This document shows, in pieces, positions 20,291 through 29,794 of a DNA stretch of 37,978 bases; the stretch's first letter is position 1; every line of letters starts with the position of its first letter. Below the pieces are notes generated by a model. It ran no database searches. It saw nothing but the letters and a program-made list of their open reading frames with translations, and was not told the DNA's origin. Made by a program: the position numbers and the translations under genes. Origin of the DNA: a virus (Duplodnaviria; Caudoviricetes); the IMG/VR virus record IMGVR_UViG_3300025066_000066, positions 1 through 37,978 of that record; one strand, written 5' to 3'.

Positions 20291-20821
20291 ATGAATTACC
20301 TTAATCGTTTTAAACAGTTATCCGATAATGCAGCAGATGCTCTTTATGGTTTAATTAAAGATATGATAAATAAAAATACTACTAATATTTTAGAGGTTGG
20401 TACTTATGCGGGACAAGCTACGTTAAAACTTGCTGACGCCGCTGCTCAAAAGTCTGATTCTATCAAAGTTATTTCCATTGATGATAATAATGATACTTTT
20501 AGCCCAAGCGCTGAAGAGTCATTAAAAGCAAGCAATCTTTTTAATACATCAGTTGAATTTGGTGAATTGGATAGGCGCTTTGAAGAAAATATTGTGAAAG
20601 CAAGCATTATTTATATTGATAGATTTCACGACGATATTGATGCAAAGATGGAGATTATCAAGAGGAATGTGATTGTTCCTACAAAGGTTATTTTTAGAAA
20701 CCCTAAAAATTCTGATGATTTTCCATTTGAAGTTAGTGAGGTTTCACCAGAAGTAAAGCCAAGAGCTAGAAAGAAAGCACCGGCTACTGAAACAACTGTC
20801 GATAAAACAACTACAAAATAA
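20291..20821 (+). CDS. Class I SAM-dependent methyltransferase-like protein (Methyltransf_24-like, degenerate)
   Basis: Motif I 'ILEVGTYAGQAT', motif II 'VISID' and 'IIYIDRFH'. Strong GGAGGT RBS. Basic low-complexity C-terminal tail. Confidence 0.6.
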   Translation: MNYLNRFKQLSDNAADALYGLIKDMINKNTTNILEVGTYAGQATLKLADAAAQKSDSIKVISIDDNNDTFSPSAEESLKASNLFNTSVEFGELDRRFEENIVKASIIYIDRFHDDIDAKMEIIKRNVIVPTKVIFRNPKNSDDFPFEVSEVSPEVKPRARKKAPATETTVDKTTTK

Positions 20822-20838
20822 ACCAAAAAGGAAACTAC

Positions 20839-20879
20839 ATAAATATTTATAGAGTATTTATCTTACTATAGATATTTAT
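20839..20879 (+). promoter_or_regulatory. Candidate late-promoter cluster: three TATTTAT copies
   Basis: TATTTAT at 20844-20850, 20855-20861 and 20873-20879, plus the perfect palindrome ATAAATATTTAT at 20839-20850, in an 82-bp intergenic gap before an AAGGA RBS. Confidence 0.45.
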
Positions 20880-20903
20880 TAAGATTAGATAAAGGAAAAA
20901 ACT

Positions 20904-21476
20904 ATGGCATTTTTAGATAGCTCTACCGCTGTAATAGACGCGATACTTACACGAAAAGGTAGAGAACTACTCGCGAGAAACGATGGTAGTTTTCAGATTA
21001 CCAAATTTGCATTTGGTGATGATGAAATCAATTATCAACTTTATGATGCGACGAAAGCTACAGACCAAGACGCTGATATATTAAACCTTCCTGTATTGGA
21101 GCCTGTATCTAATGAAAATGTAGCTTTACTTTATAGGTTAATTACACTACCAAAAGGTAGTTTAAAAATTGCAAATCTGCAAATTTCCCCTACAAGTGGG
21201 TCTATAAATTATGGGGATGATTTAAATGTTCTAGTTGCCACACAGAATGGCGAAGATGCTCAAGGATATGCTGCGACTGTTAGAGATACAGATATTGGTG
21301 TGTTGACGAATACTACTTCTACTCCAAATGAAAATGGACAAGGAACTTTTACTATAAGAACAGGAGCTAATGCCGGTGGGAAGTCAGGGCAAACTATAGT
21401 GGATATCACAGGTATTAATAGCGGCGCAAGAAAAGAGTTTACTTTAACGGTAAGTGCTTCCGGCGCTGCGGCATAA
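20904..21476 (+). CDS. Tail-fibre attachment / collar-like structural protein
   Basis: 'VIDAILTRKGRELLA...FQITKFAFGDDEINY' resembles the N-terminal half of the P2 gpH/DUF3751 fibre-attachment domain. The C-terminus looks Ig-like. Confidence 0.6.
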   Translation: MAFLDSSTAVIDAILTRKGRELLARNDGSFQITKFAFGDDEINYQLYDATKATDQDADILNLPVLEPVSNENVALLYRLITLPKGSLKIANLQISPTSGSINYGDDLNVLVATQNGEDAQGYAATVRDTDIGVLTNTTSTPNENGQGTFTIRTGANAGGKSGQTIVDITGINSGARKEFTLTVSASGAAA

Positions 21477-21487
21477 GGAAATAAATA

Positions 21488-22363
21488 ATGTCTATAAATA
21501 ATTATGATTTAGGCCGTGATGTAATTAATACAGAAGTATTGACTAAAACAAATTATGAAATTACTTCAGCTACAGCAGCTCAAGAAAGAAACATTAATGC
21601 TTTTGTAATGGAAGCTACTTCTACTGGTTTTTTAGTTAACGCTAAGGGAACTACTACAAGCACTCCTTTGAGCGCAGCTTTTCGTAATATTTCAAACTAT
21701 TTCTTTTCTTCTTCTGCCGCTAATAGAATACCAGTAGCTCAAAATAATGTTGCTACTACTGGTATTTCTAGAGTTATTACTATTGGTAGAACTACGGTTG
21801 ATGATGCTATTTTGTCGGGCAGTGTAACTGGAACATTTTCTTTTGGGACACAAGCTAATAAAGTCATTATTGATCAACCAGAACAATCTATTTCTGGAGC
21901 CGTTGGTCGTAAAGGTGATTTAGTAGAAAAGTCAGATACTACCAATATTGTAGGGACTGTTTTTTATGATACTGGAACAATGGTATTTCACGGTGGTGAT
22001 TATTCGAGCGACACTAACTTTTTGATAGATTCATCTTCAGGGTTTGTGTTTGGGCCTGGCGCTACTGCTGGTAATGTAGCGATTAATAATTTAAGCTTTA
22101 TTAGCTTAAATATGTTAAAGAGAAGTGTATTCTTTACAAGAGCATTTAATCAAGAATTTAATTACTCTAACAACCCAACCGCCATTGCAAACGCTTCTTT
22201 AGGTTCAATTTCTTCTAATTTAACAGGCAGTCCGACTACATTTATTACTACTGTTGGTTTGTATAATGGTGATAATCAACTTTTGGCTGTAGCTAAAACT
22301 GCACCCCCTGTAAAGAAAGATTTTGATACTGAAAAGGTATTTGCAGTTAGGTTGCAATATTAA
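21488..22363 (+). CDS. Baseplate/tail-fibre attachment protein, paralogue 1
   Basis: C-terminal 'EFNYSNNPT...TFITTVGLYNGDNQLLAVAKTAPPVKK', resembling the C-terminal half of DUF3751. Confidence 0.6.
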   Translation: MSINNYDLGRDVINTEVLTKTNYEITSATAAQERNINAFVMEATSTGFLVNAKGTTTSTPLSAAFRNISNYFFSSSAANRIPVAQNNVATTGISRVITIGRTTVDDAILSGSVTGTFSFGTQANKVIIDQPEQSISGAVGRKGDLVEKSDTTNIVGTVFYDTGTMVFHGGDYSSDTNFLIDSSSGFVFGPGATAGNVAINNLSFISLNMLKRSVFFTRAFNQEFNYSNNPTAIANASLGSISSNLTGSPTTFITTVGLYNGDNQLLAVAKTAPPVKKDFDTEKVFAVRLQY

Positions 22364-22379
22364 GAAAAAATAAAATGAA

Positions 22380-24743
22380 ATGGCATATAAAGCGTTCGCA
22401 GAAAACGAAATTCAACCTCGACCATTTGTCGAAGAGCAAACTATCTCTATATCGGAGGATAGTCCATGTGCTAGCCACCTCCATTTGCTTACAGGGGTTA
22501 GGTCTTTAGGTAAATTAAATGTTTTTAAGTCGGGAACCAACCCTACATTTAATGAAACTGACTCTAAAGAAATAAAATATAGTTGGAATTTCGATAATCA
22601 AGTTTTAGTTGGACAAGCTCTTACAGCAAACATCACTACTGGTGTGTTTTTAAGTTCTTCGGATCAAACCTATAGATCCTCTACTAATCCTAATTCTAAA
22701 TTATCAAGTCAAGATCTTTTTAGATATGCTCAAGGTTATTTGTATCGGGCAGATAATGACTATAATAGTACTACTGCGTTAGTAAGCTCATCATCGGCTG
22801 ATACCAAAGTATCTGTGTTAAGAGAAATTAATATAAGAAAAGACATATATCATTCTTCTCTTAAATCTGCTGCTTTCAAAATGCAGATTAATGACTCCAA
22901 CACATCATTAACCGCTGCTATTGACGGTGCGTCAGCTAACGCTAAATACAATACTATTGCCGCTGGTATTTTTGGGTCAGAAACTCCAAATGTTTCTGGG
23001 TATACTACAGCTTTAGATTTGAAAAATCCATTTGGTGGTGAAGAGGGAACTGGTCGTAAATCATTTTTTGGTGTAAGTGTTACTGGGGATGGCACCAATG
23101 GCGTCGCTGATGGCACTATATTTCATACAAGAAATGGGCTAGGATATACTGCCGGTGATAATTTAGATAGTATAAGAGAAGCTTGCACTATTGAAACTAT
23201 TATCAGGCCCATGAAGTCGGACTCAGTACTTTATTTTCGTAGATTAGCAAGTAGCCAAGATACGTTGACTAAAAATAAGTTTATGAAAATGGAGCTTACA
23301 AGGTCTGCTGATAATAGAGAGCCAGCTTTTAGATTTTATATAAGAGATGCTGATACAGGAGCTTCATTTTCTGAAGATTTTGCTCAACCTAATGTTCAAG
23401 CTTCTGGTTTGTTTGTGCCAGCAGATGTAGGTATAGATATGTATGATGGTGATTTTCATCATATAGTAGTTTCTTGGGATATTAATGAAATAGGAGATCC
23501 CGGCAATAATGCTTCAGCGGATCGAGGCGCTGGCGTAGTGATGGGTTATATAGACGGCTATAAATTACCAAATAAAGAACAAGTGTTTCCGCGATTAATG
23601 GGTTCAGATGCAGCGGGTGGACCTACTATTCAAGCTAATATGATAGACCAAAGAATACCTATTAAACAAACAGCCTTGTATACGGCAGGTATTGTAAACG
23701 CTCCAACTGGTAATAATGTTTATATTGGAGCCTCCAATTTTAATAGGAATGATGGAGTAAGAACGGGAGATTGGGGCGCGTTAGCTGATCAATACGATTC
23801 ACAATTAGAGGGGTTGTATGATGGTCAAGTAGCGCATGTAAGAGTATGGAATCAACGACTACTAGACGGCACTACTGGCTTTAAAGACGGAGTAGGAAAA
23901 CTTATTAATCTTGATCCTACGGACGCTCAATCTAATGGCGCTAATCCTTTAGGTTTAAGTTTTACTAATTTTAAAAATACGGCATTAACCGGCACCTCTT
24001 CTGCTTCTAATATTGCAGCTTGGTGGTATTTTAATAATATGAATGGTATAACTGGAGCTGATATTTCTGGTGGTATGGTTGATGGCAGCGCAGTACTAGG
24101 TAATATATCTTCTAATACTGGTAGTGTTGTGGGTAATGGAATTGTTAAATTGTTGGATTCTAAGGATATAACTAATGGTGTAAGCGGAAATACAATTACG
24201 GACTTGCAAGTCTCCGGTATTCCAAGAGATTTTCTTTATTTTGATCAACCACAACTTAATAACCCTGTAGATAGTAAAAATACTCAAGGTAGATTAATAA
24301 GAAAAACAATACAAGATTCTATAAAAAGGATCGGGTTGGTTTTTTATGATTTAGGGTTAGTAACTATTGATGGCGATGACCCTAATGCTCGTTTAGATTT
24401 TACATTCCCTGCGAGCGGAGCAACGGGTGATTTTGGCTTTGCTGTTACAGGACATAATAATACGGCTTTTAATTTCCAGCGTGTTGTTTATAATTCACAA
24501 GTTGATCGTGGAAGATTGTTAGTTGACGCGGTCGCATCGGGAAGTGAAATGAATTTCTCTGGTAATCCCAGTGGAGTTAATCCGGAGACTGGTGGAAGCA
24601 TATTTGACGAGCCAGCTACTTATATTACTAGTGTTGGGCTGTATAACCATACTAATGATTTGTTAGCCATTGCAAAACTATCTAAACCTGTAAGAAAAGA
24701 TGAGGCTCTTACATTAGGTGGCCAAGTTAAATTGGACTTTTAG
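22380..24743 (+). CDS. Baseplate/tail-fibre attachment protein, paralogue 2, with inserted LamG domain
   Basis: C-terminal 'EMNFSGNPS...TYITSVGLYNHTNDLLAIAKLSKPVRK'. Internal LamG motifs 'CTIETIIRP', 'FHHIVVSWD', 'GYIDG', 'YDGQVAHVRVWN' and 'AAWWYFN'. Confidence 0.6.
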   Translation: MAYKAFAENEIQPRPFVEEQTISISEDSPCASHLHLLTGVRSLGKLNVFKSGTNPTFNETDSKEIKYSWNFDNQVLVGQALTANITTGVFLSSSDQTYRSSTNPNSKLSSQDLFRYAQGYLYRADNDYNSTTALVSSSSADTKVSVLREINIRKDIYHSSLKSAAFKMQINDSNTSLTAAIDGASANAKYNTIAAGIFGSETPNVSGYTTALDLKNPFGGEEGTGRKSFFGVSVTGDGTNGVADGTIFHTRNGLGYTAGDNLDSIREACTIETIIRPMKSDSVLYFRRLASSQDTLTKNKFMKMELTRSADNREPAFRFYIRDADTGASFSEDFAQPNVQASGLFVPADVGIDMYDGDFHHIVVSWDINEIGDPGNNASADRGAGVVMGYIDGYKLPNKEQVFPRLMGSDAAGGPTIQANMIDQRIPIKQTALYTAGIVNAPTGNNVYIGASNFNRNDGVRTGDWGALADQYDSQLEGLYDGQVAHVRVWNQRLLDGTTGFKDGVGKLINLDPTDAQSNGANPLGLSFTNFKNTALTGTSSASNIAAWWYFNNMNGITGADISGGMVDGSAVLGNISSNTGSVVGNGIVKLLDSKDITNGVSGNTITDLQVSGIPRDFLYFDQPQLNNPVDSKNTQGRLIRKTIQDSIKRIGLVFYDLGLVTIDGDDPNARLDFTFPASGATGDFGFAVTGHNNTAFNFQRVVYNSQVDRGRLLVDAVASGSEMNFSGNPSGVNPETGGSIFDEPATYITSVGLYNHTNDLLAIAKLSKPVRKDEALTLGGQVKLDF

Positions 24744-24752
24744 AGAAGAAAT

Positions 24753-25742
24753 ATGCCAAACACTATAATACAACAGACAATGATAGACGGTTCAGTAACT
24801 GGCGGACCGGTAGTCCCTACTCCTACTCATCCGTTAATAAAAAGCGCTTATTCTCCATTGGCTGCAGCTGATACATATATCTGTAATTTTGAAACTTCTA
24901 GACAATTTACATTAAGTGGGCTGAGTGGCACAACTATGGCTGCAGCTATTGATGGAAAACTTGATCATGGTATGGTTGCTTCACCAAAAGATTCAATGAC
25001 AGGTGTAACAGCAAGCGTTACAGGGTCAAAGTCGGGTTATTTTATGAGTGTTGGAATGTTGTTAAGTAATAGAGGGTTTACGAATAGTTTTACAGGCACA
25101 ACAACAGGGGCAATTAATGCAGCGGGTGTAAATGATATTGGTATATTTACATTAAGAAAAAGGCTGTTTGATTTAGGAATTGAAAAAGGGGGAATGACTG
25201 CCACAGTTACAGGTGTTAATTATGCAGGTGATAGTATTGCAGGTGATTATTATGATTCTGGCTCTGGACAATTCATTCAAAAATCTACTGGCAATACAAT
25301 AGGTGCTTCTTTAATTGACGATGGAATGTTTGTGGTAACGGCGGCTAATATGAGAGAGGTTGCCACATCCGTCACATCTGTAAAGTATAAGACAAAAGTT
25401 TTAGGGACCGCTATAAGTGTTTTTTGTAAATGTCAACCAGATGAAATGAATTTTTCTACTAACTTTACTTCTGCCTTAACAGGGACGGTAAGTAGCGATA
25501 CAACAAGCGCAGGTGAAATACAGCAAGCGTATAATAATCTATGGACGAAATCTCCATTAACAGGTTCTACTGATAGGTTTTCATATACACCTTCTATGAC
25601 TGGTGCTGGCGCCGGCCCATTTATTACAACAGTAGGGTTGTATGATAATAATAATGATTTAATGGCGGTGGCAAAATTAGCTAGACCATTAAAGAAGCCA
25701 ACGGATTTACCATTAACTTTTAAAGTTCAAATAGATATATAG
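24753..25742 (+). CDS. Baseplate/tail-fibre attachment protein, paralogue 3
   Basis: C-terminal 'EMNFSTNFT...PFITTVGLYDNNNDLMAVAKLARPLKK'. Confidence 0.6.
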   Translation: MPNTIIQQTMIDGSVTGGPVVPTPTHPLIKSAYSPLAAADTYICNFETSRQFTLSGLSGTTMAAAIDGKLDHGMVASPKDSMTGVTASVTGSKSGYFMSVGMLLSNRGFTNSFTGTTTGAINAAGVNDIGIFTLRKRLFDLGIEKGGMTATVTGVNYAGDSIAGDYYDSGSGQFIQKSTGNTIGASLIDDGMFVVTAANMREVATSVTSVKYKTKVLGTAISVFCKCQPDEMNFSTNFTSALTGTVSSDTTSAGEIQQAYNNLWTKSPLTGSTDRFSYTPSMTGAGAGPFITTVGLYDNNNDLMAVAKLARPLKKPTDLPLTFKVQIDI

Positions 25743-25750
25743 GAAAAAAT

Positions 25751-27487
25751 ATGGCTTTTAAGTATATAAATGCAGCAATATCTGGCGAGTATCAAAAAAT
25801 ACTGGCGCGACTTATAGAAGATCCTGAAACATTAGATCTTACAGATACACCTACATATAATTTACCTAATGATGTGCCACAAACAGGCGATAATGCAGAT
25901 GGGGTGCTCACGGGATCAGCGAAATCTATTGAATTAGACGGCACTGATGATTTTCTTAAACTACCTACGTCACAAGGACTGGGTACGGAAATTTTATTAG
26001 AGGACATTGGCCTAAATACAGTAAAACATGGAGCTACTGCCAACAATATTGCTTTAGAGGCATGGGTAAAACTAGACTCTAGTATTACAGGTATAGATAA
26101 GAATAGTGAATTCTTTGAAGTTACTATTCAGAGAAACTCTGCATCTTCTACAACCGGTTTCGATGGCAACTATATGGCTAGAACTATATACGCTACGACA
26201 GCTACTACATCAGCTCATTTTATTGATTTTCAATTTGCTACTGGTGGTAGTTTTGCTTATTCTCTTACTTCTAATAAAAGTCTTTCATTAAACCAGTGGC
26301 ATCATGTTTGGTGTGAGTACACAGTTTCAGGGGCTGATCAAAATCCACGATTTACGCCAACACCAAGAGGCTGGATGAGAATATATCTCAATGGAGTGCT
26401 TGATAGACAAGAAACATTAGAAGAGCTAACTCGTTCGGCTTTAGGTGGTGAAGGTTTACCATTCCCCTCTACAGGATCGGCTGTTACTTATGGGTATAGT
26501 AGGGCAATAAGTTTTGATGGCAAGTTAGATGAGATGAGATTGTGGCTAAATAGTGGAACAACAAACTCTATTGCAGCTTTAGCTGATAAAGGCAATATCG
26601 GAGTTCCTACTAACGCTTTTAATAGTCAAACAAATGCAGCTCAAGTAAAATTAGATTTTGCACCATCGGCAGAGTATTTAGCAGCTTGGTGGAGATTTGA
26701 AAGTATATCGGCTGTTGACTTGTTTGCAAGTGTAGCTGATAGCGTTCCCGATATAACACAGTATGGGCATAGCGCTACACCACAAAACTTTGTTGGCACA
26801 TTGGATTATTCGGAAGAAGAGACAATTGTAGGTGGCCAAACTGTATCTGGCCTAAATAATGCAGTTAGTGGTCAAGTAGATTTAGATAGTTTAAGAGGTG
26901 GAACCTATGATCACGGTGGAATGTGTGTAGTACATGACAATCAAAATAAAATAATTTTAGAGCAGGGTGCTGATAATTTAGTTACTTGTGCTTCTAATAC
27001 ATGGACGGCTTCGGGTGGCGCTGCTGTTAATTATGATGTGTTAAATATATTTATGGGTTCTTCAGCATACACTATTAATACAACGGGACCTGGTCAAGGA
27101 GCAGTTCACACTATAAATTATAGTCATTTATTATTTGATAAAAATGAATACACTTTATCCTTAAGGTTATTATTAACTTCGGGATGTGCTTCGGGAAGAG
27201 TGTCTTTTGTTGTAGGAGATAAGGCCAAAGTGCAGGCTGTTACAGGTGTTATGGATAGAAACGTATGGATGCCTATAGTAGTAAGAAATACAGCGGCGCT
27301 TCCTACTGGTGAATCTACTATTACGGGTGAGGTAGGAATACAAGTACTAGGTGATTCCGATAATTCAGTGGGTAATTTGTTTAGAGTCGATGCATTAGAA
27401 ATAAGAGAAGGGTTTTATCCGGGTAGATTTGTTGGCCCGGCCCAAACAAGAAAAGGTGGCGAAATCAGTTGGGATGTAATAGATTAA
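25751..27487 (+). CDS. LamG/concanavalin-A-like domain virion protein with C-terminal carbohydrate-binding-module-like domain
   Basis: LamG motifs 'SIELDGTDDFL', 'LEAWVK', 'WHHVW', 'IYLNG', 'FDGKLDEMRLW' and 'LAAWWRFE'. The C-terminus 'ILEQGADNLV...EYTLSLRL...W..I...FRVDALEIREG' resembles CBM4/9-like phage tail domains. Confidence 0.65.
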   Translation: MAFKYINAAISGEYQKILARLIEDPETLDLTDTPTYNLPNDVPQTGDNADGVLTGSAKSIELDGTDDFLKLPTSQGLGTEILLEDIGLNTVKHGATANNIALEAWVKLDSSITGIDKNSEFFEVTIQRNSASSTTGFDGNYMARTIYATTATTSAHFIDFQFATGGSFAYSLTSNKSLSLNQWHHVWCEYTVSGADQNPRFTPTPRGWMRIYLNGVLDRQETLEELTRSALGGEGLPFPSTGSAVTYGYSRAISFDGKLDEMRLWLNSGTTNSIAALADKGNIGVPTNAFNSQTNAAQVKLDFAPSAEYLAAWWRFESISAVDLFASVADSVPDITQYGHSATPQNFVGTLDYSEEETIVGGQTVSGLNNAVSGQVDLDSLRGGTYDHGGMCVVHDNQNKIILEQGADNLVTCASNTWTASGGAAVNYDVLNIFMGSSAYTINTTGPGQGAVHTINYSHLLFDKNEYTLSLRLLLTSGCASGRVSFVVGDKAKVQAVTGVMDRNVWMPIVVRNTAALPTGESTITGEVGIQVLGDSDNSVGNLFRVDALEIREGFYPGRFVGPAQTRKGGEISWDVID

Positions 27488-27488
27488 T

Positions 27489-29012
27489 ATGGAAACTAAA
27501 AACTTTACAACACAGCATACGGTTAGATACTTAAGTAATAAAACAAACTTTAGCAAACAACCCTTATTTTTATTGACTAATAATATGGGCCTTACTGGTG
27601 ATGACTTTATTGCTGTATATAGAATTACAAGAGGTCAAGGTAATGCTGATACTTATAGAGAAAGCGCTGCTATATCTGATACTGGTGCCGCTAATGCAAT
27701 AAGTGGCGATGGAGTTATGGGTATTACTATTGGTACGGCAGCAGGATTAACATCAGCAACTGGTAGTAATAGAATTACTGCAAACTCTATTACGTCTGGG
27801 CTAGGACAAACTAATGGAGCAAGCGCAGCTGCGGGCAGGACCGCTTGGGATGCATCCAATGCAGCTACAAGCTCATTATTGTCTACAACTTCTCAAGGCA
27901 CCGAATATATTATCACGATGACAATGAATGGTACAGATAGGATTGATGTAATAGTTAATGATGGCGTGAGCAACGCAACAGATATAACAATAACAGGATT
28001 ACCAACTCTGTCTGACATGAAAGTTATAGGTAATGGAATAAGACCTAAAGGTAGGCAAAACAGCACTTATGTTGTTAATTCTACTACTGATATGAATGGT
28101 GCAGCCGGCTCGGCTGATATAACGACTTATCTTTACAATCAGCAAGATGCTCAACAAGTTTGGGCATCATCTGGCTTAACGGGGGTTTTTGACTTATCTT
28201 ATAATGGATTAAGTGCCGCTGTTGTTGGTAAAGCTGCCGGCCATGGGGCGATGCAAACCGCTGGCCTTCAAGGTGCAGGATCAGGTACAGTTACAGGTTG
28301 GACCAGCGGGCCAATTGAAGGTGGGTTTAGATTAGATAATAGCAGTTATATAGAAGGTGTAACATCCTCACTTTTTAATACGAGAAATGACGTTACTACC
28401 GGTATGACTTTAATGACATATGTAAGGTTTCATGCCACGGGTAGCGATCAAACCTTTATGAATATTGCTGGTGCTGAAGAAGGGCTTAAACTTTATATGG
28501 AGAATGGCGCTTTCTCTTTTTCTAATAACTCATCCTCTATTACTGCTGGAACTTTAACTACTGCTGCTGGCACTGTCGGAAAATCAACTAATAATATGGT
28601 CGGCCAACATAATATATTATTAAATAAATGGTACCATGTTGCTGGTGTTGTATCTGCTACTGGTTCAGATTCTGGTATGAGGATTTATATTGACGGCCAT
28701 AGAATGCCACTAGCTAGAACAAGATATGCTTCTGCTGCTGCTGCTGATGTTACAGTTATTCCTTTATCTGCTTCTATCTCTGGCAGTACTGTACAATCTA
28801 CTGGAGGTTCAGCTGATGTTATAGCGATGCCCACTTTAACTTCCCCTAGATTACTTATGGGTACTACAAGAGCTTTAGCTGGTGCTCAAGTCGCTCATGA
28901 TGTGGGTTTAACGAGGGTGTTTAGTAGATCGTTAAGTGACTCTGAAGTGTTTCAAAACTTTATTGCTACGATACCTTCTAATATGACACTTTCTAACTTT
29001 AAAATCGGGTAA
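27489..29012 (+). CDS. LamG-domain, Ser/Thr/Gly/Ala-rich virion protein
   Basis: 'MTLMTYVRF', 'LNKWYHVAGV', 'MRIYIDG' and 'RVFSRSLSDSEVFQNF'. Last gene of the structural block. Confidence 0.65.
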   Translation: METKNFTTQHTVRYLSNKTNFSKQPLFLLTNNMGLTGDDFIAVYRITRGQGNADTYRESAAISDTGAANAISGDGVMGITIGTAAGLTSATGSNRITANSITSGLGQTNGASAAAGRTAWDASNAATSSLLSTTSQGTEYIITMTMNGTDRIDVIVNDGVSNATDITITGLPTLSDMKVIGNGIRPKGRQNSTYVVNSTTDMNGAAGSADITTYLYNQQDAQQVWASSGLTGVFDLSYNGLSAAVVGKAAGHGAMQTAGLQGAGSGTVTGWTSGPIEGGFRLDNSSYIEGVTSSLFNTRNDVTTGMTLMTYVRFHATGSDQTFMNIAGAEEGLKLYMENGAFSFSNNSSSITAGTLTTAAGTVGKSTNNMVGQHNILLNKWYHVAGVVSATGSDSGMRIYIDGHRMPLARTRYASAAAADVTVIPLSASISGSTVQSTGGSADVIAMPTLTSPRLLMGTTRALAGAQVAHDVGLTRVFSRSLSDSEVFQNFIATIPSNMTLSNFKIG

Positions 29013-29053
29013 CGGGTACCCTATTATGCAGCTAAAAACAGAGATTATAAACT

Positions 29054-29794
29054 ATGAATGAAGATTTTTTTCAAATAAACAAAAAAGATACTGTCTCTAA
29101 GTTTAAAGATTTTGCGAGGAGTCATTCAGAGCGTGCAGATAGTTATAATCCAAATAATGCGAAGCATGTGGATAATCATAGAAACTTTTTTATTCTAGAT
29201 AGGATAAGAGCCCTATATCATTGGATCATTAATGAAGCTAAACTAAATCTAAGAAGAAAGTATATACATGATGATAAAGAATACAAAAAAGTTTTAGGTA
29301 AATTAGAAAGTTATGCAAGAAATAAGATAAAATCAGAAAAAGATGGCACTATGTATGTTAGGATTAATAATCAATTAACCTTTAGAGGTGATGAAAAAAC
29401 ATATAGAGATTATTTTGTACAAAGTGGAGTTAAACAGCTAAGTATAATTAGGAAAATGATAGATGAATTAAATGGAGTATTAGCTGGAGAAGAAATAGAC
29501 GATGGTAATAAACCTATATTAAATGATACGGCACCCAGAATAGTATACAAAGAGCACACATCTGAAGAAGTAGCAGAGATTATACTCAAACAAGTGTCGG
29601 CCGACTATTTATTAGAGGTTGCTGAGCAAAACTTTGAGAACTTTAATAATAGATTATATGTTTTGTTAGATCAATATAAGGTATCTGCAGCTGATACTAA
29701 AGATATATTATTAAAAATACAGGAATCTTTTACACCACAAGAAGAGGAAGAGAATGAATCTGAGACAGATCATACGAAATCAGAAACTGAGTAA
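29054..29794 (+). CDS. Hypothetical protein (charged, helical)
   Basis: 246-aa ORF on the coding strand that fills the gap. No recognisable motif. Confidence 0.6.
   Translation: MNEDFFQINKKDTVSKFKDFARSHSERADSYNPNNAKHVDNHRNFFILDRIRALYHWIINEAKLNLRRKYIHDDKEYKKVLGKLESYARNKIKSEKDGTMYVRINNQLTFRGDEKTYRDYFVQSGVKQLSIIRKMIDELNGVLAGEEIDDGNKPILNDTAPRIVYKEHTSEEVAEIILKQVSADYLLEVAEQNFENFNNRLYVLLDQYKVSAADTKDILLKIQESFTPQEEEENESETDHTKSETE

Noticed and set aside
1-29012. Interpretation as a bacterial eCIS, tailocin, T6SS or prophage
   Set aside because: The phage-type sigma gene, giant T4-like wedge proteins, conserved phage hypotheticals and lack of host housekeeping genes or integrase point to a large lytic myovirus.
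29013-29053. Palindrome gggtaccc after the last structural gene
   Set aside because: It is only 8 bp with no loop or U-tract, and is likely chance.
29754-29794. 41-bp overlap as a programmed frameshift fusing the 246-aa and 909-aa ORFs
   Set aside because: The downstream ORF has its own GAGGA RBS and ATG, and there is no clear slippery heptamer in the overlap.
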